The position numbers were made by a program, and so were the translations under genes. A DNA stretch of 60,202 nucleotides from Isosphaeraceae bacterium (GTDB taxonomy: Bacteria > Planctomycetota > Planctomycetia > Isosphaerales > Isosphaeraceae), in assembly GCA_027325115.1 (NCBI GenBank), contig DAHWFG010000348.1, positions 1 through 60,202 on the forward strand, written 5' to 3'. The notes under the pieces were generated by a model. It was not told where the DNA came from and did no database searches. It saw nothing but the letters and a program-made list of their open reading frames with translations. Of the stretch, positions 45,179 through 54,687 are shown in pieces. Position 1 is the first letter of the stretch. Every line of letters begins with the position of its first letter.

Positions 45179-46168
45179 TTATTCGATTTTCACGCCAAGG
45201 AGTTTGGCGGCGTTCTCGCGTTCGATTTTGGCTCGAATCGCGCCGGGAAGGTCGATTCGAGCCAGGACGTCGAACTGGGGGACGTCTTGACCGGGTTTGA
45301 GGTAATCGGTGCCGAAGAGCAAGCGATCGGCGCGGCGGATGAGGAAATCCCGAGCGAATTGATCGTCTCTTGAGAGCGCGTTCGCTCCCGATCCCGCCGA
45401 AAGATCGCCCCATAAGTTGGGGTAACGCTCAAACAAGTGATCAATCGCTCCTCCGGGCTTGACGCGTCCCTTGGGATATCCTCCCAGGTCGATTTGCGCG
45501 ACGTTCGCCGAGATCGAAGCCCAGAACCCGGGACCGTGACCGATAAACGGAAGCGTGGCAAATTCTTTGAGCACGCGTTCAAGACCGGGGAGGCCGGGCT
45601 TGTCGGTCCCGCGTTCGTTATCGCAATGAAACAACACGGGGAGCTTGAGATCGGCGCACGCGGCGTAAAGCGCTTTCATCCGCGGGTCGTCGATCGGCAA
45701 GCCGGCCTTGTGCTCGCCGAAACCCTTCGCTCCCTGATCCACGTATTCTTGAATCATCATCCGTAAGCCTTTCGCCCCGCCGCCGTAAGACGTGCGGGGA
45801 TCGACGCAACAAAACGGGATGAACCTGTCGGGTCGCCGCCGCGCCGCTTCGAGAGCGCGTTCGTTCGTGTTGAGATAGCTCGACGATTCGGGAGAGACGA
45901 GAGGGAGCAACACCGCCTTAATGACGTTATGTTCGTCCATGAACTTGAGGAGGGCGTCTTCGGTAAGAGGAGGGTCGGTGTTCCACACCCGGCCGATGTG
46001 CGTGTGAACGTCGATATACGGTCCCCCCGCGATTACCCGCGCGTCGTTCGTCAAATCGCGGTGCGCAAGCGCCGGTCGAATCGCCGACGCCGCGACGGCC
46101 AACCCGCCGGCGCACGCCCTAAAAAATCCGCGGCGATCGCATCGACTGTGAACGACGTCTGTATTCAT
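45179..46168 (-). CDS. Amidohydrolase-family (TIM-barrel metal-dependent hydrolase) protein with a Tat signal
   Basis: It has the Tat signal RRGFFRACAGGLAVAASAIRPALA and the HxH metal motif YIDVHTHIG, followed by later HCD and GTDY motifs. Confidence 0.7.
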   Translation of the reverse strand: MNTDVVHSRCDRRGFFRACAGGLAVAASAIRPALAHRDLTNDARVIAGGPYIDVHTHIGRVWNTDPPLTEDALLKFMDEHNVIKAVLLPLVSPESSSYLNTNERALEAARRRPDRFIPFCCVDPRTSYGGGAKGLRMMIQEYVDQGAKGFGEHKAGLPIDDPRMKALYAACADLKLPVLFHCDNERGTDKPGLPGLERVLKEFATLPFIGHGPGFWASISANVAQIDLGGYPKGRVKPGGAIDHLFERYPNLWGDLSAGSGANALSRDDQFARDFLIRRADRLLFGTDYLKPGQDVPQFDVLARIDLPGAIRAKIERENAAKLLGVKIE

Positions 46169-46202
46169 AGTATTTCCTTATCTAAGAAAACTCTTGATAA
46201 GA

Positions 46203-48014
46203 TCATCCTTGGATGGCATTGGTGCGACCGAGAGCGATGTCGAAATCGCCGACCGCGGGGACGAGCATCGCCAACAGTGCAAATCCGTAGATCCCGAAGC
46301 TGACGAGAAACGCGGCCATCGCCTGCACGTTGATCATGCTGATCACGCAATAAAACGACCAAAACGGAGTGAGGAGGGCGACGAGAGCGATCGCCTGCGA
46401 AGGATTACGCGAACCCATCGATCCGAACAACGCCACGCTCCCCGCGCCGATGAAAATCAAAAAACTAAGTAATTGTCTGCTGAATTGCTGATCTCCAAGA
46501 ATGATCAAGAACGCGCAGATCAAAATCCCCACCATCAGGAAAAAGATCGTCCCCAGGCTGTTGGCGACCGCGGTTCGGCTGTTCGTGTAGGTGATCGCCG
46601 AATGGAGTCCGAGCATCGCCGAAAAATGGACGAGGAGCGCGAAATCGATCACAATGAACAGAGCGATTTCCCCCGTGATCGCTCCGGTGATCGCCATCCA
46701 GATCGTCAACAACAACGGCGCGGCGATCATCTCTTTGGTGTTATATAAAACGCCGTGAAGCTTGCCGAAGATAAACTCCCTCGGTTTGATCTCGGTGACG
46801 AGCAGAAGATCGAGAGCCCCCGTATCGCGCTCGCTCGTCAGCGAAGTCACCCCCTGCGCGTTGACGAGCAACAAGCTCAGAATCGCCATCGGAATAAGCG
46901 TGAACGCCGGCCGCCATGCGCTGCGGCTATCAGTCGGATTTAAGTAAAAATACGCGACGGCAAGCGCGAAAAAGAGGACATATGCGCCTTTAATGATGAG
47001 CGGTTTGGCGCCGTACGCGCGGGTTTTGAATTCGCGCCAGAGGATCGGATTGGCCCAGGGCTTGCGGTAAACGCCCGCGGCGCGGGAGACCCGGCGATGC
47101 GAACGACGCGGTACGTGCAAACCCGACGACGTTTCAGGACCCGCTTGCGCAAGCGCGGGTTCGGACACCTGGATTAACGATTCGGCGGCGATCTCTTCGG
47201 TTTCTCCTTCGCGTTGCTCGCGCGGTTCATTCCTTCCAGGATTCCAGATCCGCAGCATGCGAATCGAGACCGCGTTAAGAATGAGTGCGAGCGCGGTTGA
47301 GGTCGCGGTGAAGATCAAAGCGGTGTGCGTAGCGCCCGTCGTGCTGGGTCGAAGAACCGAACGGACGGCGCGGAACGGATTGAACGCCTCATTGAATGAA
47401 GATCCGGCGATCGAACCGTCGGGTACGAAATACGAGATCGCCTCGATCCCCGCGATTGTCAGCACGATTGCCAGCACGGTCATCGCCAACGATTGAAAAG
47501 TCCGATCTCGCCATAACGCCACCAGTAGACCGAGCGACCCTCCCGCGAAACCCGCCGCCGCCGTGATCCCAAGAATCTGCAACACCTGGGTCGACGATAC
47601 CCCGCCAAGCAACAGGCAGATGAAGAACACAGGCGCAACCGTCCCCAGTAACGTGAACGTTTGCAGCAATCCCGCGACCAGCTTACCGATAATAATCTCG
47701 GTATCGCTTAGATCCGTCATTAATAATAATACAAACGTGCGTCTATCTTTCTCGTGCGCGATCGTGGTCGCGGCCGCGAGGGGCGCGAAAAAGAGCATGA
47801 CGACGAGCTGAACGACGACGAAAAATTGGAAGAGGACGCCGCCGAAGCGGGCGATCAGCCCGATATCGCGGATGTCCTCCCAGCCGACGAGCGATTGCCA
47901 CGCCGTCCACATCAGAATAAAAAAGAGCCCCGCGTACGCGGCACGTGTGACGTAATATCGAATCGGCCGAGGCGACGTCGTCACCTCGCGCGCGATGATC
48001 GGTCCTGCGAACAA
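46203..48014 (-). CDS. ABC-2-type transporter permease, internally duplicated (two six-helix-like halves)
   Basis: The N-terminal half contains FFAPLAAATTIAHEKDRRTFVLLLMTDLSDTEIIIGKL. A second half begins around KPLIIKGAYVLFF and contains TSERDTGALDLLLVTEIKPREFIFGKL, the same motif repeated. The protein has many hydrophobic segments. Confidence 0.65.
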   Translation of the reverse strand: MFAGPIIAREVTTSPRPIRYYVTRAAYAGLFFILMWTAWQSLVGWEDIRDIGLIARFGGVLFQFFVVVQLVVMLFFAPLAAATTIAHEKDRRTFVLLLMTDLSDTEIIIGKLVAGLLQTFTLLGTVAPVFFICLLLGGVSSTQVLQILGITAAAGFAGGSLGLLVALWRDRTFQSLAMTVLAIVLTIAGIEAISYFVPDGSIAGSSFNEAFNPFRAVRSVLRPSTTGATHTALIFTATSTALALILNAVSIRMLRIWNPGRNEPREQREGETEEIAAESLIQVSEPALAQAGPETSSGLHVPRRSHRRVSRAAGVYRKPWANPILWREFKTRAYGAKPLIIKGAYVLFFALAVAYFYLNPTDSRSAWRPAFTLIPMAILSLLLVNAQGVTSLTSERDTGALDLLLVTEIKPREFIFGKLHGVLYNTKEMIAAPLLLTIWMAITGAITGEIALFIVIDFALLVHFSAMLGLHSAITYTNSRTAVANSLGTIFFLMVGILICAFLIILGDQQFSRQLLSFLIFIGAGSVALFGSMGSRNPSQAIALVALLTPFWSFYCVISMINVQAMAAFLVSFGIYGFALLAMLVPAVGDFDIALGRTNAIQG

Positions 48015-48355
48015 ATCGAAACCCTCCCAACCCGGGACAAGAGCGATACACGATCGATCAAGGCGGCGATCTCATCGACGCCGAATCGCGTCATGAGCGC
48101 GATAACGCCTTTTTATCGGTCTGCAAACAACCGAGTCAGTCCGCCGAAGCCCCGGGCGAAACCTCTGAATGAAAAAACCAGGATGAATCCGCGCCGTCGA
48201 CGCGCGACAAACGCACCTCGCGCTTTCGATGAACGCGCGAGATAGACCTTCATTATAACGACACCGCGATCCCGCTTACAGCGGGACGGTTATGATCGAA
48301 GATCACAGGAAAAAGCGCGAGCCGGCGATCGAGCGTTCGCGAAACCGTCCCGCCG

Positions 48356-48874
48356 CTACCGCGTTCGCTCGCGCTCCTGCTCGCGATGAAGCGCCGCGTG
48401 CTCCGCGTCGTCGACGGGGCGCGTATCGCGCCCTTTGCGAATCGTTAATTCAATTCGTGAAAGATATTTCACGTTTGCGCATTCGTCGAGCTCGGACGAG
48501 CGGCACGCCTTGGGATCGCGGATCAGGAACCGGATCGGTCCTCCTCGATCGGGGCTTAACCCGCGCGCCCCCGAGCGATATAAGACGAGCCCCTGATCGC
48601 GCAGATCGGCGAGCGGAACCGAGACGTGAAAGTCGTCGCGGTAGGCGTGAAGCGTCACGTAATTCGCGTCCGATCGGGGTGACGCCGTGCGAAGAATCGC
48701 CGCGAACGTAACCGCGTCGCCCGATCGCCCCGCGTGGAACCGCGATACGTCCTCAACCTGATCGTCTTGCGGAAACGCGAGCAAATCGACAAACCCGAGC
48801 GAAAGCGGCCGTTCAACCGCTCCATCGACGATCAATAACGGTTCGGCGATCAGCGTTTGATCGTGTTCATTCAT
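48356..48874 (-). CDS. Small molybdopterin-binding oxidoreductase-domain protein (sulfite-oxidase-fold, YedY/MsrP-like core)
   Basis: IVDGAVERPLSLGFVDLLAFP... and GGPIRFLIRDPK..CANVKYLSRIEL resemble the Oxidored_molyb domain. This is a motif-level call. Confidence 0.55.
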   Translation of the reverse strand: MNEHDQTLIAEPLLIVDGAVERPLSLGFVDLLAFPQDDQVEDVSRFHAGRSGDAVTFAAILRTASPRSDANYVTLHAYRDDFHVSVPLADLRDQGLVLYRSGARGLSPDRGGPIRFLIRDPKACRSSELDECANVKYLSRIELTIRKGRDTRPVDDAEHAALHREQERERTR

Positions 48875-48943
48875 GTTTGCACCATTGGATCTAGATATCC
48901 GGTATTCATCCGATCGGTTAAATACAACTTATAATCGTATTTA

Positions 48944-50764
48944 CTAGTGATTTGTCGGCGTATCTCGGACGTTGAATTCGAGTTTCCATTCGCCCGGATC
49001 GCGCGTCGAGCGGCACCAGAGTTCGAGCGAGCCGACTTCCGTCACCTTGGTTTTGAGTCGAACGGGAACGGTTTGGCCTTGCGACCGTCCCGAGCCCGCT
49101 TCAAGCGTCGTTTCAAGCGGAGCGAGCTCGGCGATCTCGTCGGGGATCACGCGTTCAATCACGGCGCCGATCGTGTCGTCGCGGCGGGTCGTCGAGCCGA
49201 AAAAGCGGAACTCCGCGGGCTCGCCGACGACGAGTCCAAACTCCGATCCGGGGACGTCGGCTTCGGTCCCTTCCTCCATCCCCATCGGCACGACACACAC
49301 CGCTTTGATCGGCGGGACGACTCCTGGAACCGCGGGCGCCGAAGCCTCGACGCCGATGTAATACGACCGTGAGACGCCGCCTCGAATACGTATCCCGCTC
49401 CCTTTTTTGACGAGCCCAAGATACGCCGCGCCACGAGCCACCGCGAGATTGAGATCAGCCGCATCGAGAATTGACACGGCTTTGCCCGCCCAATCGCTTA
49501 GCACTCGAACGATCCGTTCGCGCAGCTCCCCCGCCTGAAAAACACCGCCGTTGAACAGCACCGCCGAAGGATGGAGCGACCCCGCCGCGGCGTGCAACGA
49601 TTCGGCCTGCAAACCCAAAAAACGAGCCAGATGCCGCGTGATCGCGGGATCGCTCGCGTACGGCAGGCCGATTTCGGTGAGCCCCACGCGCTTGCCCCGA
49701 GCGGGATGATCGGTCGGCGCACAGATCGGGAAAAATCCGTCGAGCAGCACGGTACGGAGCGTATCGCGATCGAGCGCCGTTTTGAGCGTTCCGCCGATCA
49801 CTCTCGAACCGCGTCCCAGTACCGTCACCGGAACCGAACTCTTATCAGGGTCCGAAAAGAGGATCTCCTTGGCGTCGCGGCACGCGTGTACGAGGCCGAT
49901 CTTCCGGGTCGCGTCGAACGTATCGAAACCGCCGGGAAGCGTCGCCGCGACCGCGTGGGCGAGCGCCAGGTCCATGTTGTCGCCGCCCAAAAGGATATGT
50001 TCACCGACCGCGAGCCGTGTGAGATCAAGATCTCCGTCACGTTCGGAAACGCCGATCAGAGTGAAGTCGGTCGTGCCGCCGCCGACATCACAAACTAGTA
50101 TGATATCTCCAACATTTACTTTCTTGCGCCAGTCGTCTCCTTGCGCGGCGAGCCAGGCGTAGAATGCGGCCTGGGGTTCTTCGAGGAGGTTGACGATTTC
50201 GATTCCCGCGGCCCGCGCCGCTTCGATCGTCAATTCGCGCGCCGCGGCGTCGAACGACGCGGGGACGGTGAGGAACACTTCCTGGCGTTCGAGACGATCC
50301 TCGGCGTTTTTCCGCGCGATCTTATGATTCCAAAAATCGCGCAGGTGGATCAAATACGCCGCCTCGGCTTCGACAGGGGAAAGCCGCATGACGTCGGGAG
50401 GCGCAGTGAACGGAAGGAGCCCCGATCGGCGGTCGACTCCGTCGAGCGCGAGACTGCTTTTAGCCGACGAGACGAGCCTCCCGGGAACCTTCCCGCCGTG
50501 ATCGCGCGCGAACTCGCCGATTAAGCGATCGACCTTCTTTTGCCAGGGTAAAGCGATCGCCCCCTCGGCGAATTCGTTGTCGGCGGGCAGATAGAGGAAC
50601 GAAGGCAGAACCGAGCGATCGGCGGTTTCCCCCGCCGCGACGCACTGCGTGATCGCGGGAGTTTCGATCGCCGCGACCCCGCCGGGCGCGGAAGCCGCGG
50701 GCTCGGCGTATGCGAGCGCGCTGTTCGTCGTCCCAAGATCAATACCAATGACGTATTTTGACAT
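48944..50764 (-). CDS. Hsp70-family ATPase (non-DnaK paralog)
   Basis: It has YVIGIDLGTTNSALAY (phosphate-1), LVCDVGGGTTDFTLI (phosphate-2) and VLFNGGVFQ (adenosine motif). The C-terminal substrate-domain-like region lacks a DnaK EEVD-type tail. Confidence 0.85.
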   Translation of the reverse strand: MSKYVIGIDLGTTNSALAYAEPAASAPGGVAAIETPAITQCVAAGETADRSVLPSFLYLPADNEFAEGAIALPWQKKVDRLIGEFARDHGGKVPGRLVSSAKSSLALDGVDRRSGLLPFTAPPDVMRLSPVEAEAAYLIHLRDFWNHKIARKNAEDRLERQEVFLTVPASFDAAARELTIEAARAAGIEIVNLLEEPQAAFYAWLAAQGDDWRKKVNVGDIILVCDVGGGTTDFTLIGVSERDGDLDLTRLAVGEHILLGGDNMDLALAHAVAATLPGGFDTFDATRKIGLVHACRDAKEILFSDPDKSSVPVTVLGRGSRVIGGTLKTALDRDTLRTVLLDGFFPICAPTDHPARGKRVGLTEIGLPYASDPAITRHLARFLGLQAESLHAAAGSLHPSAVLFNGGVFQAGELRERIVRVLSDWAGKAVSILDAADLNLAVARGAAYLGLVKKGSGIRIRGGVSRSYYIGVEASAPAVPGVVPPIKAVCVVPMGMEEGTEADVPGSEFGLVVGEPAEFRFFGSTTRRDDTIGAVIERVIPDEIAELAPLETTLEAGSGRSQGQTVPVRLKTKVTEVGSLELWCRSTRDPGEWKLEFNVRDTPTNH

Positions 50765-50828
50765 TGCTTTCGCCCTGATTGATCACGCGGGAGAGGGCCG
50801 ACGTCTTGAAATCAGCGTCATCCAAATA

Positions 50829-51407
50829 TCACGGGATTTCGATCTCAGCGGGAGACAGGACGGGTTGGGCGCCGGAGCGGGGAAGCGAGTCGGGGAGCCG
50901 TACCGCTTCGACCTTCCAACCGTGGTGTTTGAGAACTCCGCGAAACGGCGGCGACCCCGCGACGTTCCCAGTCAGGCGAATCGCGGCGGGGTTGAAACCC
51001 GCATCGACGACGACCGACGCCCCTTCGGCGGCCGTATGAATCGGCTTAATCGACAGATATTCGCGCAAAACCTTGGCGCAGCCTCGATGAATATCGCGCA
51101 CCGCGGCGCCGATCTGAGCGTCGCCGTAGCCGTCGATCTCTTCCTCGAGAAAGTCAATCAAACGACCGTCACGCTGGAGCAAATTGAGAATGCGTAGATC
51201 GGGACCGATTTCATCGGGTTTGAGCGCGTTCGCCACCCGCTCGGCGAGATCGCGATTCGTCAGGCACATCCAGAACGCGCGCAAGGCCAGGAGAAGTCGA
51301 TTCAAGGCGCAGACTCCCGCGGTCGGCTCGAGAAAAACCGTTTGGAACGCATTTCGAACGCGCGGGTTAAGATAATGCAATCGGCGTCGGCTAGCAACCC
51401 GCCCCAC
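50829..51407 (-). CDS. DUF2760-like protein (the family usually found next to atypical Hsp70 genes)
   Basis: LNLLQRDGRLIDFLEEEIDGYGDAQIGAAVRDIHRGCAKVLREY matches my recollection of the DUF2760 core. The true start is uncertain: GTG 51407, or TTG near 51305. Confidence 0.5.
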   Translation of the reverse strand: MGRVASRRRLHYLNPRVRNAFQTVFLEPTAGVCALNRLLLALRAFWMCLTNRDLAERVANALKPDEIGPDLRILNLLQRDGRLIDFLEEEIDGYGDAQIGAAVRDIHRGCAKVLREYLSIKPIHTAAEGASVVVDAGFNPAAIRLTGNVAGSPPFRGVLKHHGWKVEAVRLPDSLPRSGAQPVLSPAEIEIP

Positions 51408-51457
51408 GAGCCGTTCGCTTGAACAAGTGCGAATCGCCCGAGCCCGAATCGGCTCGG

Positions 51458-51709
51458 TTAAAACGCGGGAGGATCCTTATCGATCGCGCCGTGATCGACG
51501 ATCGCCGATTTGGTGGGAGGGGTGAGCTTCGTCGAGGAGGCGGTTTTCGCCGATCCCGGTCGCGAACGCGCGACGGTTCCCGAGGCGTTTGTCCGATTCG
51601 ATTCCAGCACCTCGCGAGAATGCGCGCAGCCGAACGGAGCGATTGCGATCAAAACGAGCGGAAAAATCCGTTTCCATTTCCATAACAAAAGGGACCGGGT
51701 GCGCGGCAT
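51458..51709 (-). CDS. Small putative lipoprotein (83 aa)
   Basis: MPRTRSLLLWKWKRIFPLVLIAIAPFGCAHS has a basic n-region, a hydrophobic core and a lipobox-like FGC. The rest is Ser/Thr/Ala-rich. It lies upstream of the DUF2760 gene on the same strand. Confidence 0.3.
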   Translation of the reverse strand: MPRTRSLLLWKWKRIFPLVLIAIAPFGCAHSREVLESNRTNASGTVARSRPGSAKTASSTKLTPPTKSAIVDHGAIDKDPPAF

Positions 51710-51856
51710 AATACACGTCCAGGGAGAAAATCTTGGGTAGTTCGTCGGGACATCCACGTTTTCTTGTAAAGTATATCATGAGATTCGGCTCGGCCTGAAA
51801 ATCGTCGTTCGGCGAGCGGACGACGCGACGGTCGTTTTTGGGGAGGGTTCGCCAAG

Positions 51857-52216
51857 ATGGGACGCCTGAACGTGGAGCGGGAATCCGAAGTGACGATTGT
51901 AACGATCACCGACACGTCGGGATTCGACAATCCCAATTCCGACGCATTCCGTACCTCGATCTTGAGCGTCGTCTCTCCCGATCAAGCCGAACGTCTCGCG
52001 CTCGATCTCGGCAAGCTCGACACGGTTTCAAGTTCGGGTATCGTCGCGCTTTTAAGTCTTAAGCGGGTGATCGAGGCCAACCAGGGGAGGTTGGTTTTAT
52101 TCGGTCTCGAGCCGAGCGTTCGGCAGGTGTTCAAAGTATTGGGTTTGGCCGATTTTTTTACGATCGTCGTCGACCGCGCCGCGGCGATCGAACGACTTCG
52201 CCCCGCGGTCGCTTAA
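51857..52216 (+). CDS. STAS-domain protein (anti-sigma-factor antagonist-like)
   Basis: At 119 aa, it carries LDLGKLDTVSSSGIVALLSLKRVIEANQGRLVLFGLEPSVRQVFKVLGLADFF, the SpoIIAA/STAS pattern including the conserved Ser. Confidence 0.75.
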   Translation: MGRLNVERESEVTIVTITDTSGFDNPNSDAFRTSILSVVSPDQAERLALDLGKLDTVSSSGIVALLSLKRVIEANQGRLVLFGLEPSVRQVFKVLGLADFFTIVVDRAAAIERLRPAVA

Positions 52217-52522
52217 ATATAATAAGGCCGGCATATGTGATTTGGGCCGGAACGGCGAATCGGACGCGCCTTCGTTTTCGCCTTTTCCGGTTACTTTCGC
52301 GGCGGCCGCCGCACCGCGGACGATGAACGTTTCCGCCCAAGCGGGTTTGTAATATCGCGGCTCGACGCGAGGTCGTCCATTCAAAAAACAAATGCTAATA
52401 CAAATATATAAAAATACAATTTACAGCGAGGTTTAGTGTCGTAAATAATTATACAGGTCTAAAATCAGAAGAGAACTCGATTCGTCGATTGCAGCGGATC
52501 GCTCCACCGGCGATTCCTTGGA

Positions 52523-53551
52523 TCAAAGCGGTGAACGACCGAGCGACGCGTGGAGCGCGAGGCGGACGCGGACGAGACGAGGCGAATCGGCGGCGCCGAT
52601 CGCGATTCGACTTAACGCCGCGGGATCGCTCCTCCGACAGTCGATCGGTCCCGTCGTCGCGGTGAATCCCACACGATAACCGCTCTCGATCGCGAGCCTT
52701 GTCGTCGCGGGGTGAAGCGTCTCGGGTCGACCAAACGGATAAGCGATCGCCTCGATCTTGGTTCCCAGCGCTCGTTCGATCGATCCCTTCGATCGGTGGA
52801 ATTCATCACGAATCTCGGCCTCGGTCAATCGGCTCAATTCACGATGCGTGTGCGAGTGCGAACCGAAGCTCATCCCGGCCGCGGCCATCTCGCGCGCTTG
52901 ATCCCAATTCATAAACAATCCCTCCCCCAAATCCCCCAGATCGTAATCAACTCCCGCTCGGTCGCTTAAATGAATGAGCCAGGAGGAAATATCGAGATCT
53001 CGATGCGAAAAAACGATCTCGACGAGCCTGCGGATCAATCCGTCGCGCCCCAGTTGGGAACGATCAAGCTTCATTTCCTGGGGATGATCAAGCGTAATCG
53101 TGTGTTTAGTCATCGCTTTCACAATATAAGCGATTCGATCCCACCAGGGGATCTCCGAGCCTCCGATGAAGCGTGTGGGAAGAAAAAACGTCGCGGGGAC
53201 GCCGAGGTCGCGTAGGATGGGAAAGGCGATGTCATAATGATCGCGATACCCGTCGTCGAATGCGATCAAAACCGCGGCTTCACCGAGCGGCGCGGCTCGA
53301 TCAATCATATCTATTAATTCAGCAAGCGTGATGATCCGATAACGATCGCGGAGAATACGGAGTTGCGCGGCGAACGCTTCGGGGGTCGCCGAGAAGACGA
53401 GGTCGTAAAACGGCTGGTTCTCGCTGACTCCAATCCGATGATGCGTCGCGACGAGGATGCGACCTCGCCTCGCGGCGCGCTCGATCAGATGGATGAAACG
53501 CGAATCTGCGATCAGCCGAGCGATCGACTCGCGTTTGTTACGTATACGCAT
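52523..53551 (-). CDS. Polysaccharide deacetylase (NodB-homology, CE4-like)
   Basis: Motifs are VLIAFDDGYRDHY (motif 1), ATFFLPT and FGSHSHTHRELS (His-His metal motif). Confidence 0.8.
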   Translation of the reverse strand: MRIRNKRESIARLIADSRFIHLIERAARRGRILVATHHRIGVSENQPFYDLVFSATPEAFAAQLRILRDRYRIITLAELIDMIDRAAPLGEAAVLIAFDDGYRDHYDIAFPILRDLGVPATFFLPTRFIGGSEIPWWDRIAYIVKAMTKHTITLDHPQEMKLDRSQLGRDGLIRRLVEIVFSHRDLDISSWLIHLSDRAGVDYDLGDLGEGLFMNWDQAREMAAAGMSFGSHSHTHRELSRLTEAEIRDEFHRSKGSIERALGTKIEAIAYPFGRPETLHPATTRLAIESGYRVGFTATTGPIDCRRSDPAALSRIAIGAADSPRLVRVRLALHASLGRSPL

Positions 53552-54584
53552 AATCGGCTTCCAAAGGCGTCATATAAAAAGGGTTATCGCGCGTGATGAG
53601 TTTTTTTCGATCGCGCAAATGAAAGCTCGCGAATCCCGCTCGATCATATCCCGCTTGTTCGAGAGCGATCGCGAGATCGGAGTCGCTCGCCCAGCATTCG
53701 GCGAAATCCGCCCCCTTGGCTTTGAGCGTCGTGGTAAGCGCGACGATCGCTCGCCGGGTATCGTCGATCGAATCGCCCAGATCTCGACATTCGACGATCT
53801 TACCCGCCAGCACGCGACCCCGGGGAACGACGCTTACGATCCCGCAGCCCGCGGGTTCGCCTCGCTCGACGAAGAGCCGCCCCGTGATCGATCCTTCGGG
53901 AAATCGGAGCAGATAATTGAGCATATCGGCCGATCGGCTCATTTGAATCGCTCGGCGCGATCTCCGGTTCCAGAAATCGACGATCTCTTCGCCGAATCGA
54001 TCGACTCGGCGAGAATCAAGGTCGCTTTTGCCGGGAGCGGGTCGGACGAGCAGGCGAGCCGCGTCGCGCGCCGCTCGCGCCGAACGCTTCCAAAGCGGGG
54101 CGTCGCTTTCGCGAAGCCGATACATGGGATTAAATGTTCGCCGATATATTGGTATTTCGTGAATCAGTTGATAATCAAACGCCTCTCCAACTTTGCGCGC
54201 CGCCGCGGTCGTTCCCAGGCCGAACTGGGTGTCGGCGTGCCTGTGCGCGCGCATCATCAGTCGGGCGCCGAGGCCGCGGTGTTCGGGAAGCGCCAGCCAA
54301 TCGATGATGTGCAGGGTCGAGACCTCATAAAACCCTGGATCGTCGCCTGGTTTGGGTACGACAAACGACGCGGTGCGAAAGCCGACATGGCCGACGATCT
54401 TGCCCCCCGCGCGCGCCACGTAGCCGCGCGGCGAATCGACCGACGCGGGCTTGTCAAGGTATTTCCAGCGGAGGATCTCGGGACGGGCGAACCGCGCGTC
54501 CGAAGGGGCGCCGAAGCCCTCGGTCAAAAACCGACTCAGCTCGGGAACGTCGGACGAGCGATGAGGTTCGATCCGGATATCCAT
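53538..54584 (-). CDS. GNAT-family N-acetyltransferase (long form)
   Basis: It has the acetyl-CoA-binding R-x-x-G-x-G/A motif in LPEHRGLGARLM and the N-terminus MDIRIEPHRSSDVPELSRFL. Its 3' end overlaps the deacetylase start by 14 nt. Confidence 0.65.
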   Translation of the reverse strand: MDIRIEPHRSSDVPELSRFLTEGFGAPSDARFARPEILRWKYLDKPASVDSPRGYVARAGGKIVGHVGFRTASFVVPKPGDDPGFYEVSTLHIIDWLALPEHRGLGARLMMRAHRHADTQFGLGTTAAARKVGEAFDYQLIHEIPIYRRTFNPMYRLRESDAPLWKRSARAARDAARLLVRPAPGKSDLDSRRVDRFGEEIVDFWNRRSRRAIQMSRSADMLNYLLRFPEGSITGRLFVERGEPAGCGIVSVVPRGRVLAGKIVECRDLGDSIDDTRRAIVALTTTLKAKGADFAECWASDSDLAIALEQAGYDRAGFASFHLRDRKKLITRDNPFYMTPLEADYAYT

Positions 54585-54687
54585 CGATCACTAACTAATA
54601 ATGTTTAAATATTATAAAAAAAGCCGTTCACCCTTCCCGGCCCGAATCGAGCGGATTCGGCGCGTGAACGAGCGCGCCGATTCCATC

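Noticed and set aside
52097-52384. 95-aa minus-strand ORF overlapping the 3' end of the STAS gene
   Set aside because: It has a TTG start, low-complexity Ala/Arg content and an overlap with a well-supported gene. It is retained only as part of the AT-rich-island observation, not as a feature.
53457-54608. 383-aa plus-strand ORF
   Set aside because: It is antisense to the GNAT and deacetylase genes, has Arg/Ser-rich junk composition and shows no motifs.
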